Shown here piece by piece: positions 11,590 to 24,703 of a DNA stretch of 64,000 nt (position 1 is the stretch's first letter; each line of letters begins with the position of its first letter). The stretch comes from Lytechinus pictus (lineage: Eukaryota), in NCBI RefSeq assembly GCF_037042905.1, contig NC_087251.1:44022001-44086000 (forward strand), given 5' to 3'. A model generated the notes under the pieces. It saw nothing but the letters and a program-made list of their open reading frames with translations. It did not search any database and had not been told where the DNA came from. The position numbers were made by a program, and so were the translations under genes.

Positions 11590-14500
11590 TTATTTATTTT
11601 TCGCACCTATGTTTGTCGCCAACTTTTCTCCAAATCGGCTGTATCAATTTCGCTGAATCTTTTGTCATATATAATTATAAAGTCTATCATAGAGACGGCA
11701 TACTAAGCTTTTCAAGGTCATCTGATTACGATGACGTCATCTACGCGCCATTTTGTAAAATTCTTAATTTGATCATATGGCCATGCGTTTTGAGTTGGGC
11801 CCATTTCCGTTACAACTCAAATTTTCCTCCAAAATCGCACCATTTCATACTATTGTATTTTTTTCTTATGTTTGACATCCTATACCCATAAAAGTATATA
11901 TATTCTGAAAGGAAATTGTGTGAGGAATTCAAAAATGCAATCAGAAAAGGCATAGGGTAATGTCTTTAAAAGTTAAAGGTCAAAATATGTGAAAAACTGT
12001 GAAAAAAACATACTTCCCAATAAATCTGAGAATCAGATAAACTTTACACCCTATAGGGAAATAACATGCATATTTCAACTCTTTAGAGTGAGACCTTTCC
12101 AGTGATTTATAACTTGTTAGGGATAACTCTACCAAAATAATTGGGCGCGATCATCTTTTAAGACCAAATTTCACATCACAATTTTTCAGGTAAATATGTA
12201 TCGATGCTTGATTTACCCCTAAAATATTATGTAGTCTTGCCTTTAGTTGCATAAATACACTTGCAAACACTAACCAGTATATTATAATATATTTACTGTG
12301 GTTATTATGAATAAAAAATGTTTTAATTTGACTCTAATCTTGGGATTTGACACCTCTTGGCTCAAAGACCGGTGGACCACAGGTTGACCACTGAGAGTCA
12401 TGTTTAACATATAAATATAGGGAAAATGTGAATGCACAATGAAAAGTTCTCATTACTGCTAAAAACAACCAACATGTTATAAATAAATCCATACACCTGG
12501 CATAAAATACTTTATTTTATAGTGTTATATTTTAAATATATCCTCTTGCTCGACTTTCTGCAGGACAATTGAATCAACTGGGCCAATTGAATGTCAATGC
12601 ACAAAACACATTGTATGGGTACAATTGCCTCTGTTTAGTGTAATCTTTGTACCAGTTTCATTCTCAAGTAGTTTTTTGATAATTTGGAAAAATATTCTCT
12701 GAACACTTTTGTGCCAGCCAAATATGTGTCATCTACTGATTCATAGACGCAGTGTGATGTAACATTAAGAAAAAAAAGTAAATAGCATCAGATGAGGGCT
12801 TTATTGCTACAAACAAGTTTTCATTAATTAAAATTGCATAAAAGGTGTATTTTCTATCTGTTATGTTACCAGAATAATCTGAAGATTCGGACACATCAAA
12901 GTTATCACTGTCAGTCTACGCTGTCAAAATTGAAACCATTAGGTCATAATTAACAATAGATTGATTTATCTCTGAAGACTTTAATTTGTCAAATTGTGCT
13001 TTTCTTTTTGAAATTTTTGCAGCTTCTAAATTTTATTGAAGGTGGAATCCACAACTATATTTTATCTCTCCTCATTTCCTATACATCAGCCACAATTTCA
13101 ATCATGTTAATTTCATGATTTACATCAATTAATTATACTAATTAGCTTAATTAGGTATCCTTTAAACTTAAAAGTTCAAATTTGGCCCACTTATGATTGA
13201 AGAATAAGCCAGTGAGCCCCAAAACTATTACATGTACTGTGATGTTACACATTTAGTTTCTTAATGAAATGAAAATTTATGCTCCCCTCGTCATGCTCCC
13301 CTCGTCTACCACCATGCATAAATGGCCAATTGATGTTACATAATTGCTAATTACTGGTAAATGAAGCAATTTCAAGTATTTCTTTTTCTTTCAAGTAATT
13401 GGTATAAAGATTCCCTTTAATATGATACCAAATATACCCATTAGCACATGTATTTCAAGTTTTATACCATTAATTATTTATGTGCTTGTCGTGCAAATGT
13501 AACGATACCACCTATTTGCGGGCCCAACATAAAACGCATGGCCATATCTACATGACGGATAATCAATAGTCAATCATATTTACATCAAATAAACTTTAGG
13601 TCAAAGGTCGTCTGTCAGTGTCATCAAAGGTCACTCATGTAAAGGTCATGACGCGTGCGACAAAGCGTAAAAAATTCTCAAAATGGCCTGTAGAAAATTT
13701 TGGATACGTTTCAGGTCATTTTAAGCATTTCAAAATTGTGTGCGCGTGTTTTCGTGCATAACGGCATTAGGCAGCATGAATTCGCTTTTTTTTCTATGCG
13801 TATCTATTATTGATATAATTCTGATCAAATTGATACCTCGATCAGCTCTCTACAATCATTAATGAGGGAATGAGCACCCATTAAAGTTTGCAGCATGCGT
13901 GCGCGCGAGCTCTTTCCATAGGCTATATATGGGCAAAAACATGCCTATAAAAAATTCACTGTAGCTCTTCAGAACGAACGGGGACCCCCAATTTTTTTTC
14001 ATATTTCGATAGAGTATGAATCATACATATGATTTCATGTCTCATTGGACCATAACGTATATCATGACGTCATCAAAATGGCGTCGGAAGTCAAAATATC
14101 AATTTTGCGTGTTATGACGTCATTATAATTATGTAAATTTGGCTCTAACTCCGTGAATATTGGTCAATTTACGCCCAATTTTGTATATGTTGTAGCTTAG
14201 GTCGTACTCTTTCAGAGTTATTGCCTTTATTTTTCATTTTAATAAACAGATTATCCTGAAAAATTGCAAATAATAAAGGCATGTCATTTTTAAATCATTT
14301 GCGTGTAATCTCTATGGGACATGACTTTTTCTCAAAACTAGATTCTACATTCCTCTATTTCGTGAGCCATATCTCCATTTTTTCTTGTCAGTAATGCCTG
14401 AGCTTTTAGTATGTTGTAGCTGAGATTCTAAGCTTTTGAGAGTGTTAGGCCTATATTCATTTTCCGATCAGATGCCGGGATCATGCCCGTATTTCACTTG

Positions 14501-14640
14501 CAAAATTGGATTTGAGATTCTCGTATTTTGCATACGTGTAAAGTCTATGGCAAATATTTTAGCTCAATCGGTACAGCGTCAGACTTGCATCTCATGGGTT
14601 CGAGTCTGAGGGTGAACATGATTTTTTTTTTTTTTTACTA
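11590..14640. repeat. Unclassified interspersed repeat hosting the element below; boundaries approximate
   Basis: CpG-richer than its flanks, with multiple TGACGTCA and AAAATGGC motifs; host sequence reads through once the 11779-13543 insert is removed. Confidence 0.35.
11779..13543. mobile_element. TIR element with ATAT flanks (possible 4-bp TSD, Sola-like; class uncertain)
   Basis: Inverted repeats GGCCATGCGTTTTGAGTTGGGCCC and GGGCCCAACATAAAACGCATGGCC, each flanked by ATAT. Confidence 0.7.
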
Positions 14641-14729
14641 TCTTGCGCACAATCAATTATAAAAATTCTAATAAATAATAGTTAAAATATTGAAAAATAA
14701 AACAGATTATAATGACTTTTTTCATATTA

Positions 14730-14824
14730 TATCTATCTAATCATATCCGTCTATCTATCTGCTATCTATGTTATAAATCTATCTTTCTATCTATCTATCT
14801 GTCTGTCTATCTACCTACATGACA

Positions 14825-14857
<33 letters not shown>

Positions 14858-15683
14858 CTCTGTCTCATATATATCTATCTGTTTGAATATGTCTCTCTCT
14901 CTATCACTCTATCTATCCATATGTCTGGCTGTCTGTCTATCTACCTACATTGTATATCTATCTGTCTATCTATCTCTCTCTCTCTCTCTCTGTCTAATAT
15001 ATATATCTATATGTTTAAATATGTCTATCTATCTATCCATCTATCTGCCTGCCTGTCTCTATCTATCTATCTATAGTATGTCTGTCTGGCTATCTATCTA
15101 TTTCTCTAATATATATCTATCTGTTTGAATATGTCTATCTTTCTATATCAATCTATCTGTCTCTCAGTCTCTCTCTCTCTCTATTTATCTATCTATCTAT
15201 ATGTCTGTCTGTCTGTCTATCTATCTGTATATCTATCTATCTATCTACCTACCTACATGATATATTTATCTATCTATCTTTCTATCTATCTATCTGTATG
15301 TCTGTTTGTCTGTCTCTCTATCTATTTTCTATATATCTATGTTCTATCTATCTTTCGTATATCTCTCTGTTTGAATATGTCTATCGATCCATTTATCTTT
15401 CAATCTAATATATTATATATTTATTCGTTTCAATTATTATGTATGTTTATCTATCTATCTTCTATCAATCTATCCACCTATATTTTATATATCATCCATC
15501 TATCTATCCGACTATCTATTAAATCTGTTTAATATGTTATTCTATCTGTTTATCTATCAATAAATATATTGATATATTTTCTGTCTGTCCATCTGTGTAT
15601 ATATAATATCATCATCATCTTATTTGTCATCAATCATTATTATCATCATCCTTATCATCATTGTAATTTTTGTCATCGATCAT

Positions 15684-15714
<31 letters not shown>

Positions 15715-16860
15715 CTATCTAATGTCTATCTATCTAATATGTATTTATATGTTTTTGTATATACAGTGTGTCTCTAAAAAAAGTAAACCCAACTTCAACG
15801 GCAAATTTTCAGAAAACTAAAAAATATTTACACATTATTTTTTCATGGTTAGATAGTCCAATAAGTCTTTTGTCCAATTACATAACTTAGGTTATCTAAC
15901 TCTCATGCATGACTGAGCATGATTCAACTTAGTGAACTGGTGTCAAATCATCACTGTGGCAAGTTATTTCTTGTTATTTTCATGCATTCAAGGCCTATTT
16001 GAAGTTAAACTCAGTGGTTCCGTGATCAGCATACTGTCTCACATTGTACCAGATGGCCCTTTTGTTGGAGGCTGCCTCTCGGAGAACTGCACCCGAAAAG
16101 CCTCTTGAACTTCCACGAAACTTCTTGTTTCCTGGTATTGAGTTACCAGGAATACTCTCTGCTCAATTGTCAACTGTACCATGTTTGGAAAGCGTGTGAA
16201 GTGTGCCTGTGTTAGGAACAACCTTTGCTGAAGTTGTTATGAAATTATAGGCCTAACATGTGACCAAAATTTAACTTCAAATAGGCCTTGAATGCATGAC
16301 AATAGCAAGAAATAACTTGCCACAGTGATGATTTAATCATAGGCCTAACATGTGACAAACATTTAACTTCAAATAGGCCTTGAATGCATGAAAATAACAA
16401 GAAATAACTTGCCACAGTGATGATTTGACACCAGTTCACTAAGTTGAATCATGCTCAGTCATGCATAAGAGTTAGGTAACCTAAGTGATATAATTGGACA
16501 GAGGACTTATTGGACTATCTAACCATGAAAAAATAATGTGTAAATATTTTTTAGTTTTCTGAAAATTTGCCATTGAAGTTGGGTTTACTTTTTTTAGAGA
16601 CACGCTGTATATATCTCTATATCTATCTATCGATCTATCTTGTCTATAGTCTATATATCAAGATATAATTTATCTACCTTTCTTCTATTAATCTATCCAC
16701 TTATCATTTATCTCTCCATCTATCTATATCTATCTTTCCTATGTGTATCTATTTAAATATATGTATGTTTATCTGACTGTCTATTTATCTTTCAATCTTA
16801 TATCTACTCATTTGTTTAAATAATTATGTATGTTTATCTGCTAGTATAAATTTATCTTTC
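14730..16860. repeat. Degenerate (CTAT)n/(CTGT)n microsatellite field, split by a Tc1/mariner derivative
   Basis: Direct reading of TCTA/TCTG repeats; explains the spurious YLSI-rich ORFs. Confidence 0.95.
15764..16607 (-). mobile_element. Internally deleted Tc1/mariner element with long TIRs (about 245 bp) and a transposase N-terminal HTH remnant
   Basis: TA|CAGTGTGTCTC...GAGACACGCTG|TA. Minus-strand MVQLTIEQRVFLVTQYQETRSFVEVQEAFRVQFSERQPPTK(fs)RAIWYNVRQYADHGTT from ATG 16182 resembles DUF4817-type HTH domains of Tc1/mariner transposases. Confidence 0.88.
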
Positions 16861-16993
16861 TACGACAGTCCACCTAATTCGTCCTCATGATGAATGAAAA
16901 TCTAGTTTTATGTTTATTTTTAGTGTTATGCTTTTGACTTTTTGTTGTTTATTCATGTCAATATGTTAAAAAAAGAATGGACTGAACCTTTAA

Positions 16994-17588
16994 AGGACAA
17001 GTCCACCCAAACAAAAAGTTGATTTGAAAAAAAGAGAAAAATCTAACAAGCATAACACTGAAAATTTCATCAAAATCGGATGTAAAATAAGAAAGTTATG
17101 ACATTTTAAAGTTTTGTTTAATTTCACATAATAGTTATATGCACATCCCGGTTGGTATGCAAATGAGGGAACTGATGACATCACTCACTCACTTTTTCTT
17201 TTGTATTTTATTATAAGAAATATTCTAATTTTCTCCTCATTGTCCTGTGAAACAAAGTTTCATTTCTCACTAAACATGTGGAATTACCATTGTTTAACAT
17301 TATATGGTTCCGTCGAGTTGGTCCTTATTGTCAAATCTGTAATAATTGAAATATTGTATTATTCAAACAATAAAAAACAAAAGAAATAGTGAGTTAGGGA
17401 CATCATCGATTCTCTCAATTGCATGTGACTAAATTGTGCATATAACTATTTTGTGAAAAATAAGCTGAACTTTATAATGTCATAACTTTCTTATTTTACA
17501 TCCGATTTTGATGAAATTTTCAGCATTATGCTTGTTGGATTTTTCTCTTGTTATTGAAATCAACTTTTTGTTGGGGTGGACTTGTCCT
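16994..17588. mobile_element. TTAA-TSD MITE (Kolobok/T2-like), family AGGACAAGTCCACCCC
   Basis: TTAA|AGGACAAGTCCACCC...GGGGTGGACTTGTCCT|TTAA with long imperfect TIRs. Confidence 0.9.
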
Positions 17589-17881
17589 TTAATGAAGAGT
17601 GCTTTATGTCTGCTGCAGCAGTATGAGGAAGTGCTCAGTCAATATCATGTATACCACAAAATATATTAATAACACAATAGAGCACTTCCCTGTGCACTAT
17701 AGGCTTTGGAAGCACTATGTTTGCTGCTACATTATTTTCATAATTAGAAATACATGGAGCATGGAGTGATTCAGAATAACAACTACATGCATGCCTGGAT
17801 CTAATAATATTGTACCGAGTCTAGGCCTACAGGCTCATATTAAAGCAAAACTACTTTACTTGAAATTAAATAAAGTAATTT

Positions 17882-18075
17882 GGAGGCGCGATAGCTCAGT
17901 CGGTAGAGCGGGGGTTTCGGATTCCGGTGACCCGGGTTCGATTCCCAAGTGGTGCGCTAGTGCCCTTTGGTAAGGCATTTATCCTCATTACCAGGTCCCT
18001 CGGAGAGGACCTTAATCCGTTGGTCCCCTGGTTGCTTGCTCACAGGCATTCGTGCTTTCTTAGCAGTCAGGTAAA
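17882..18075 (+). mobile_element. tRNA-derived SINE (second family)
   Basis: TAGCTCAGTCGGTAGAGC A box and GGTTCGATTCCC B box followed by non-tRNA body GTGCCCTTTGGTAAGGCATTT. Confidence 0.8.
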
Positions 18076-18129
18076 ACAACCTCGGTACAACAATAACACT
18101 GAATCATAAAAAGATTTTAATTGTCACAT

Positions 18130-18577
18130 TGTGAAGCGCGCAACACTGGCACTGGTCCGACGGTCCCAGACCAGTAAAAAATGCTGTCGGGCCAGTAACC
18201 TTTCAGAAATAGCCAGATTTACTGGTCTGACATGACCAGTAAAAAATATATCAAACCATCAATATAAATGATATTTTATCCTCTTTAGTCAATAATAACA
18301 ATGGCTTTGGCATCTTAAAAAATGGCTTTCCAAATCATGAATTATGTTGTGTGTGTATGTGTGTACTGTTTGTTAGTAAGTTTGTTGTTGGTTTTTTTTT
18401 TTTGGGGGGGGGGGCAATAAAAGACAGCAAAATAAACAAGTTTTTATTTATGTTTTTCATTTTTGGGGGGACCAGTGAATTGTAGGTTTGGACAAGTAGA
18501 AAATGAAAAACTGGGTAGCTACTGGTCCGACATGAACAGGTTGGACCAGTAGAAAAAAAGGGTTAGTGTGAAGCCCT
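18130..18577. mobile_element. Degraded MITE-like repeat with multiple GGACCAGT/ACTGGTCC motifs
   Basis: Repeated ACCAGT motifs in both orientations; right end AGTGTGAAGCCCTG resembles a CAGGG hAT terminus. Confidence 0.45.
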
Positions 18578-18611
18578 GTTAATTGTGTACCCTACATGTA
18601 GAAGTCACTTA

Positions 18612-19167
18612 TACCCTTTTTACACAGGATTTTCTTAGCCCCGGACTATCGCTAACCCCGTACTATCCTTAACCCCGTACTATTTTTTTTCCTTTTCACA
18701 CATGCCAAATTGTTATTTCTAACCCCGGATAAGGAATGCTTGCTTTTCAGACACGAAACTCGCTAACCCCGGACTAGTGGTTTTTGTCGATCATTCGTAT
18801 AGTACAAGTACTTCACTCGTACCTTTTTTACACACGCTAAAATTTCCTTAACCCCGTACTATAGGTGGGGCCAAATTGCCATTTAGCCCCACCTATAGTA
18901 CGGGGTTAAGCTTAGCCCACTTTCGTTTTACACTAGCGATCTTAACCCCGTACTATCGCTCTTAGCACCGCAATTGCTGGGATAACCCTGCTTTTTTGCA
19001 GGGCCAAATAATCCCGTACTAAAGGTGGGGTTAGCCCACTTTGCAAAAATGCTGTGTAAAAAGAAAGTGGGCTAAGCTTAACCCCGTACTATAGGTGGGG
19101 CTAAATAGCAATTTAGCCCCACCTATAGTACGGGGTTAAGGAAATTTTAGCGTGTGTAAAAAGGGTA
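18612..19167. mobile_element. PIF/Harbinger-like MITE with internal AACCCCGTACTA repeats and hairpins
   Basis: TTA|TACCCTTTTTACAC...GTGTAAAAAGGGTA|TTA (3-bp TSD); about a dozen CCCCG(T/G)ACTA motifs in both orientations. Confidence 0.85.
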
Positions 19168-20685
19168 TTAGCTGTTTCATTTCATGACTGGAGGCTTTCA
19201 TGTAAACATGTACCTCACCTCCTGCATGTTGCAGACAGAATTCTAGGGACGGAGGCTCAAAGATCGCCAAAGATTGTGAAACCAGACTCGCATTGTCATT
19301 ATGAGCCTAACACGAGATTTGGGAAGAAATGTTATGTTGCAGTTGGATTTCAGGCAGCAAAGGCTAAAAGATCATGAAACTTGATTCACACTCGATTCTC
19401 ATTATTTATGTATGCAAAGTAGGAAACACGAACTTCGGGTCCAGGGCGTTGCTCATGCTTTTGTGTGCAGTAAACTGCCGAATGTGTCGTTTCTGCGCAT
19501 CAAGTCGTTCTCATTTGCATATATGGGTCTGGTCATGAGGACTGCAAACAATAGGCTATACATGAAGTTCACCACACATATTCATATACATGTATGTGGG
19601 TAACTGGGTATTGTGTATACATGGGATGCAATGTACTGAACATGTGGTATAGGCTTACAGGTGCTATACATGTATGCGTAGCCTGGTAGGATGAATTTAG
19701 TAGATCCATTACAGACATGGGCTCCCCCCCCCCAAAAAAAAAAAATCTTAAAGGGGTCTCGCGTCATTTGTTTTACTTTTATTCCTCTCTCATTTCTCCC
19801 TCATTTGTCCAGATGGTTACACTGTAGTTTGAAATCATTAACATGGGTTTTCATGAAAAATGGATGCCTATTTAATTTATAATCTGAGAACTCCTTCCAC
19901 CCCTCACTCCCCCCCCCCCTCGTGCAGAATCTCTGCAGAATCTTCAACCAGGGCATAGTAAATACATGTATGGTGATCAAGGTAGACAGTAGTTAGAGCC
20001 CAGTTATCTTGCCTCTAGAGGTACAAGAATGAAGTAGACTGACTGGGCAAATATCTTGATAAGGGCTTACAGAGTTGATCAGTTTTGTCTGTGGAACCTA
20101 GTATTATTTACAATTTGCCATCCTTCCTTCCTGAAACAATACTTGAGAGACAGACAACATCGGCCTACATACAAAAAGGGCACATTTTCCATTAAGCAAT
20201 TTAGGCGTACTGTGTATAGTTTAATTTTTTTCTGCATTGATGTCTGTTTATTCTGTTTGGGAAAATTTTAATATGAATTTAAGATTTTCTATCTTATCAG
20301 ATTGGCAGGCTTCTTTTTTTTGCAAGAATTTCATGTATTTTGCTCCAATTTCGATGAGATATTGGGCACACTTACTCTTCAGAATGAGGAATGATATGAA
20401 CCAAAATTTATGTGGAATATTATCAAAAGAATTCAGTGCTTAATCTTAGGTTCAATTTACTAGCAGACATGCCCCCCCCCCTTTCATGATCAACCAACTG
20501 AGCAACAGGCTCCTGCTGAGGCAATGCAATCACCACAACAAAAATGTTAACAATTTTTGTATACAAGTTATGAATTTTACAGTAGTTGTGTAACAGTTTA
20601 AACAACCATGCTTGATTGAGAATTGAATATTAAAAATTAATCTGTTGTTTTTTATGATTTTAAAAAGTTTGATTAAAGTGTTTAA

Positions 20686-21262
20686 AGGTCAAGTCCACCC
20701 CATACAAATGTTGCAAGCATAACGCTGAAAATTTCATCAAAATCGGATGTAAATAAGAAGTTACAACAATTTTAAGTTTCACTTATTTTTCACAAAACAG
20801 CTATATGCACAACTCAGTGACATGCAAATGAGAGAGTCGATGATGTCCCTCACCCACTCTTTTCTTTTGTTTTTTATTGTTTGAATTATACAATATTTCA
20901 ATTTTTACAGATTTGACAATAAGGACCAATTTGACTAAACCATAATATGTTAAAACTATTGTAATACCAGAAGTTCAGGGAGGAATAAAACTTTGTTTCA
21001 CAGGACAACGGGAAAATTTTGAATATTTCACATTTCATATAATAAAATACAAAAGAAATGACTGAGTGATGTCATCAGTCCCCTCATTTGCATACCGACC
21101 AGGATGTGAATATAACTGTTTAATATGTGAAATTAAGCGAAACATAAAAATGTCATAACTTTCTTATTTTACATCCAATTTTGATGAAATTTTCAGTGCT
21201 ATGCTTGGCGGATTTTTCTCTTTTTATTCAAATCTACTTTTTGTTGGGGTGGACTTGTCCCT
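20686..21262. mobile_element. TTAA-TSD MITE, same family, reverse orientation
   Basis: TTAA|AGGTCAAGTCCACCCC...GGGGTGGACTTGTCCCT|TTAA. Confidence 0.88.
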
Positions 21263-21674
21263 TTAACCAACTACTGTAAGGTTGATATAGTCAACAGCAT
21301 TGTATGAAAATTTCAAACAGTGTTTTTACTGTGTATAGCTCCATCTCTTTACCTTATTCGCCATTCAAAATAGTTATGCCCTAGTATTTTAAGACCCAGT
21401 CATTTTATATCATGGATAGTCATGATTCTACACGGTGCTAAAAACTGAAGGTTATGATAAAACAGATCCAGTTACAAACATTCCCCCTCGCGAAATTCGC
21501 AATCAACCTGGTTCATTTAACATTAATGCCAATTGATGAGTTAATAACTCCATGTTAATTCATATTCCCAGGGCCTTAGCAACAGGCAGTGTTTTGTGCA
21601 TCGTATAAGGTCTGTAACCAAAACAGTTCCTTTTCATTAAATTGCATTGATGGGCAATATCTCAGGCATGGGGC

Positions 21675-23942
21675 CAGGGTTGGCACGTTTTAAACGGTGT
21701 GTTTTAAAACATGTTTTAAAACGCGTTTTAAAACACCCGTTTTTTTAACAAAAAAAACGTGTTTTAAAACACCTCATAGACTTGTGTGTTATAAATATGC
21801 ATGGACGTGATTTTACATGAATATATTTTTTATACTTTTTTTCTTAAGTGGTATATTATTTTCTTCTAACTAAATCTCTTTCTTACAACCACTCTTTTTC
21901 TCCTCTCTCTTTCCCCCCTTATTCTCCCCTTTTCCATTGCTTTGTCATGTTCCTTTCCTCCTGTTCAATTATGTAGATCAATCTATATATTCTCATTTTA
22001 ACAAGCATTTGAGTGTTGTGCTCACTTTTAGACAGGGAAAGAAACACTATTTAAAATAAGCTCAAATATGTAATAGTAGTACTTGAATGAAATGGAAGTG
22101 TTGCACAAGCACAATAATATTTTGCAAATAGACAGTATAACTGACATTGTAACCTTGAGGTACACACGAAAGTAGGTGAAACTTTGCGCTTTGTAAAGAT
22201 GAAGAAAAGTAGTTTAATTCAGAATAAGATAATCAGCTAGCAAACCTTAAAGGACAAGTCCACCCCAAGAAAAAGGTATTATGCTGAAAGTTTCATCAAA
22301 ATCGGATGTAAAATAATAAAGTGATGACATTTTTAAGTTTCGCTTAATTTCGCAAAACAGTTATATGCGCATCCTGGTTGGTATGCAAATGAGGGGACTG
22401 ATGACATCACTCACTATTTATTTTGTATGTCGTTATTTTCTCATTGTCGTAATGTGAAATATATTTTTTTTCCTCCCTGAACATGAGTGGAACTACCATT
22501 GTTTTAACATTTTTTGGTTCAGTTATTAGTTGGTCATTATTATCAAATCTGTATAAATTGAAATATTTTATTGTTCAAACAATTAAAAAAACAAAAGAAA
22601 TAGTGAGTGAGGGACATCATCAACTCCCTCATTTGCACATCACTGAGTTGTTATAAATGTTTTGTGAAAAATAAGCGAAACTTTAAAATGTCATAACTTT
22701 CTTATTACATCCGATTTCGATGAAATTTTCAGCATTATGCTTGTATTTTCTCTACTGATTCAAATCAGCATTTTTCTGGGGTGGATTTGACCTTTAACCC
22801 TAACAATCCCAGGGGACTGTAATGGCCCCCTTAAAAATTTCTATGATAAATCCATAAGAACAGCAGGGCCACGCCATATTGTTCAAGACTATTTTTTGGA
22901 TACATGCATGGATATGCGGTTATGATATTACCATGGAGCTATCAACACATTGATAGCTCCATGATATTACACAAGTAAAGCCAATGCAAATTTTTCGCCA
23001 ACATTTTATCTGTATCAATATTTGTACTTTTTGTTAATGATTGGAAAATAATTGCCAATAATTTCCATTAAAAAACGATAAAAAAACCCAAAAGTAACCA
23101 CAAAACTGTACATAAGAAATTAAAAAAAAAAACAGTTAAAACAAACATTGAAAAAAACAATTTGATTAAAATTCCTCAATTAAAGAAATAAGCAGTTCAA
23201 GGGCCTAATATTTATAGATTTAAACCCAAACTTATATTTCATGCACTTGTGGGTACCCGGTAGGATGTGAAAGTCATTGTAGCTTGTCCAGTACTGTGTG
23301 CGCCTCACTAGCGACTGACTGGAATACTACCCAGGGAGTGGAGGATGTGCATACATTGTGTGCGGGAATGACTGATTGAATCCGATGACTGGGTTAATAA
23401 TATATCTGTAAAGCGCTTAGACACGTCGTTCCAATGTATTAAGCACTACATAAAAGCGGACTATTATTATCATTATTATTACTTAAAATTTATATAATTG
23501 ATACAAATGAAATAAAGCATATTGAATAAATGAAATTAAGCTTTGAAAGCCTATAGTGTATAGATTATGTTGTTTTCTTACATAGTGCAACTTCTTCTCA
23601 CCCCTATAGATTGATAAGACTAAAAAACCTGAGACTACATGTATGAGGAATAAACCTATAAAATGTCAACTTAATTTTTTGGCATTCAATTTCCTTGATT
23701 TAGTAATTTTGGGAAAAATATGAACTTTTCTGTTGAAAATTCAGTAACAAAAATTGTAGTCATCTCTTAATACTCCAAAAATGTAATTAAAACATCAAGA
23801 GCTTAAATCATATTGTATTAAGTGTATAATTTAATTGATTTACAGGAAAATTACATCGTTCGTTGGAAAAAAAACGTTTTAAAACAATAAAAAACGTTTT
23901 ATTTGTTTTTTTTAATAAAAAACGTTTTTTATTACAACCCTG
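21675..23942. mobile_element. Non-autonomous composite hAT element, copy 2
   Basis: Same TIRs, perfect 8-bp TSD CATGGGGC (21667-21674 and 23943-23950); contains a full TTAA MITE (22251-22793) and a SINE 3' part (about 23250-23480). Confidence 0.92.
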
Positions 23943-24300
23943 CATGGGGCTTTGGTCATTGCATTATCAAAAGTGAACGTGAAAGGAGTTGATGATATTT
24001 TAGATCAAGCAACGTTAGCCACATCTTACATAAATTTTGCCTTTGGTGGTGTAATTATTACCACAATTATTTCCATATATATACATTATTCATTTTAGTG
24101 TAATTATTACTCTTTTGAAATATTGCATTATTTGTAGCATGAATTTGAAATATCCAATATAGAGGCCTTTAAAGGGAAAATTTGGAATGAGTTAATATAT
24201 TTTCATATTAACATACCATTGAAACATCATTGAAATGTGGATTAGGTTGAGAGGAGTGGGAATGGGACCAAAGTAATACTTTTGCCATATATCCTACTAG

Positions 24301-24703
24301 AGGCCGTTCTCATTACGCTTTCTAAAACCTAGTTTACTGGAAACCGATTCAGGAAACCAGTTTGGAAGATCGCTTTGCTAGCGTTCCCACTTGATCGCCC
24401 GAAAGTGGTTTTCAAAATCACTTCACGTAAAGCGATCTTGTTGCTATGGAAACGCTCTCAGTGGGGTGACATGTTACGCGCGAAATTCTAAACGGCAGCG
24501 TAGGCATTCTACACCTGTCGTGTGGAGTAGGGCGCTCATAATGTGCAAAGATTGCTTCCCGAAAAACGGTTGTGTCCTCACTTATGCTAAACCAGTTTAC
24601 AGAGGTAAAGCGATCTTGAAAATTACATTGCGAGGTGGTTCTCACTACACGTTAAACTAGTTTCCAGTAAACTAGTTTTAGGAAGGTTGTGAGAACGGTG
24701 TCC
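24301..24703. mobile_element. MITE with CCGTTCTCA termini; partial second copy at about 38685-38810
   Basis: Imperfect TIRs CCGTTCTCA...CTAGTTTACTGGAAAC and GTTTCCAGTAAACTAG...TGAGAACGG, flanked by TAG. Confidence 0.75.

Noticed and set aside
14819..15820. YLSI-repeat ORFs
   Set aside because: Translation of the (CTAT)n microsatellite.
17882..17955. tRNA gene
   Set aside because: A and B boxes are present but the acceptor stem does not pair and the sequence continues into a SINE body; the same applies to the other tRNA-like heads.
18612..19167. CRISPR-like array of AACCCCGTACTA repeats
   Set aside because: Repeats are short, irregularly spaced, in both orientations and bounded by TIRs and a TTA TSD; the context is eukaryotic with no cas genes.
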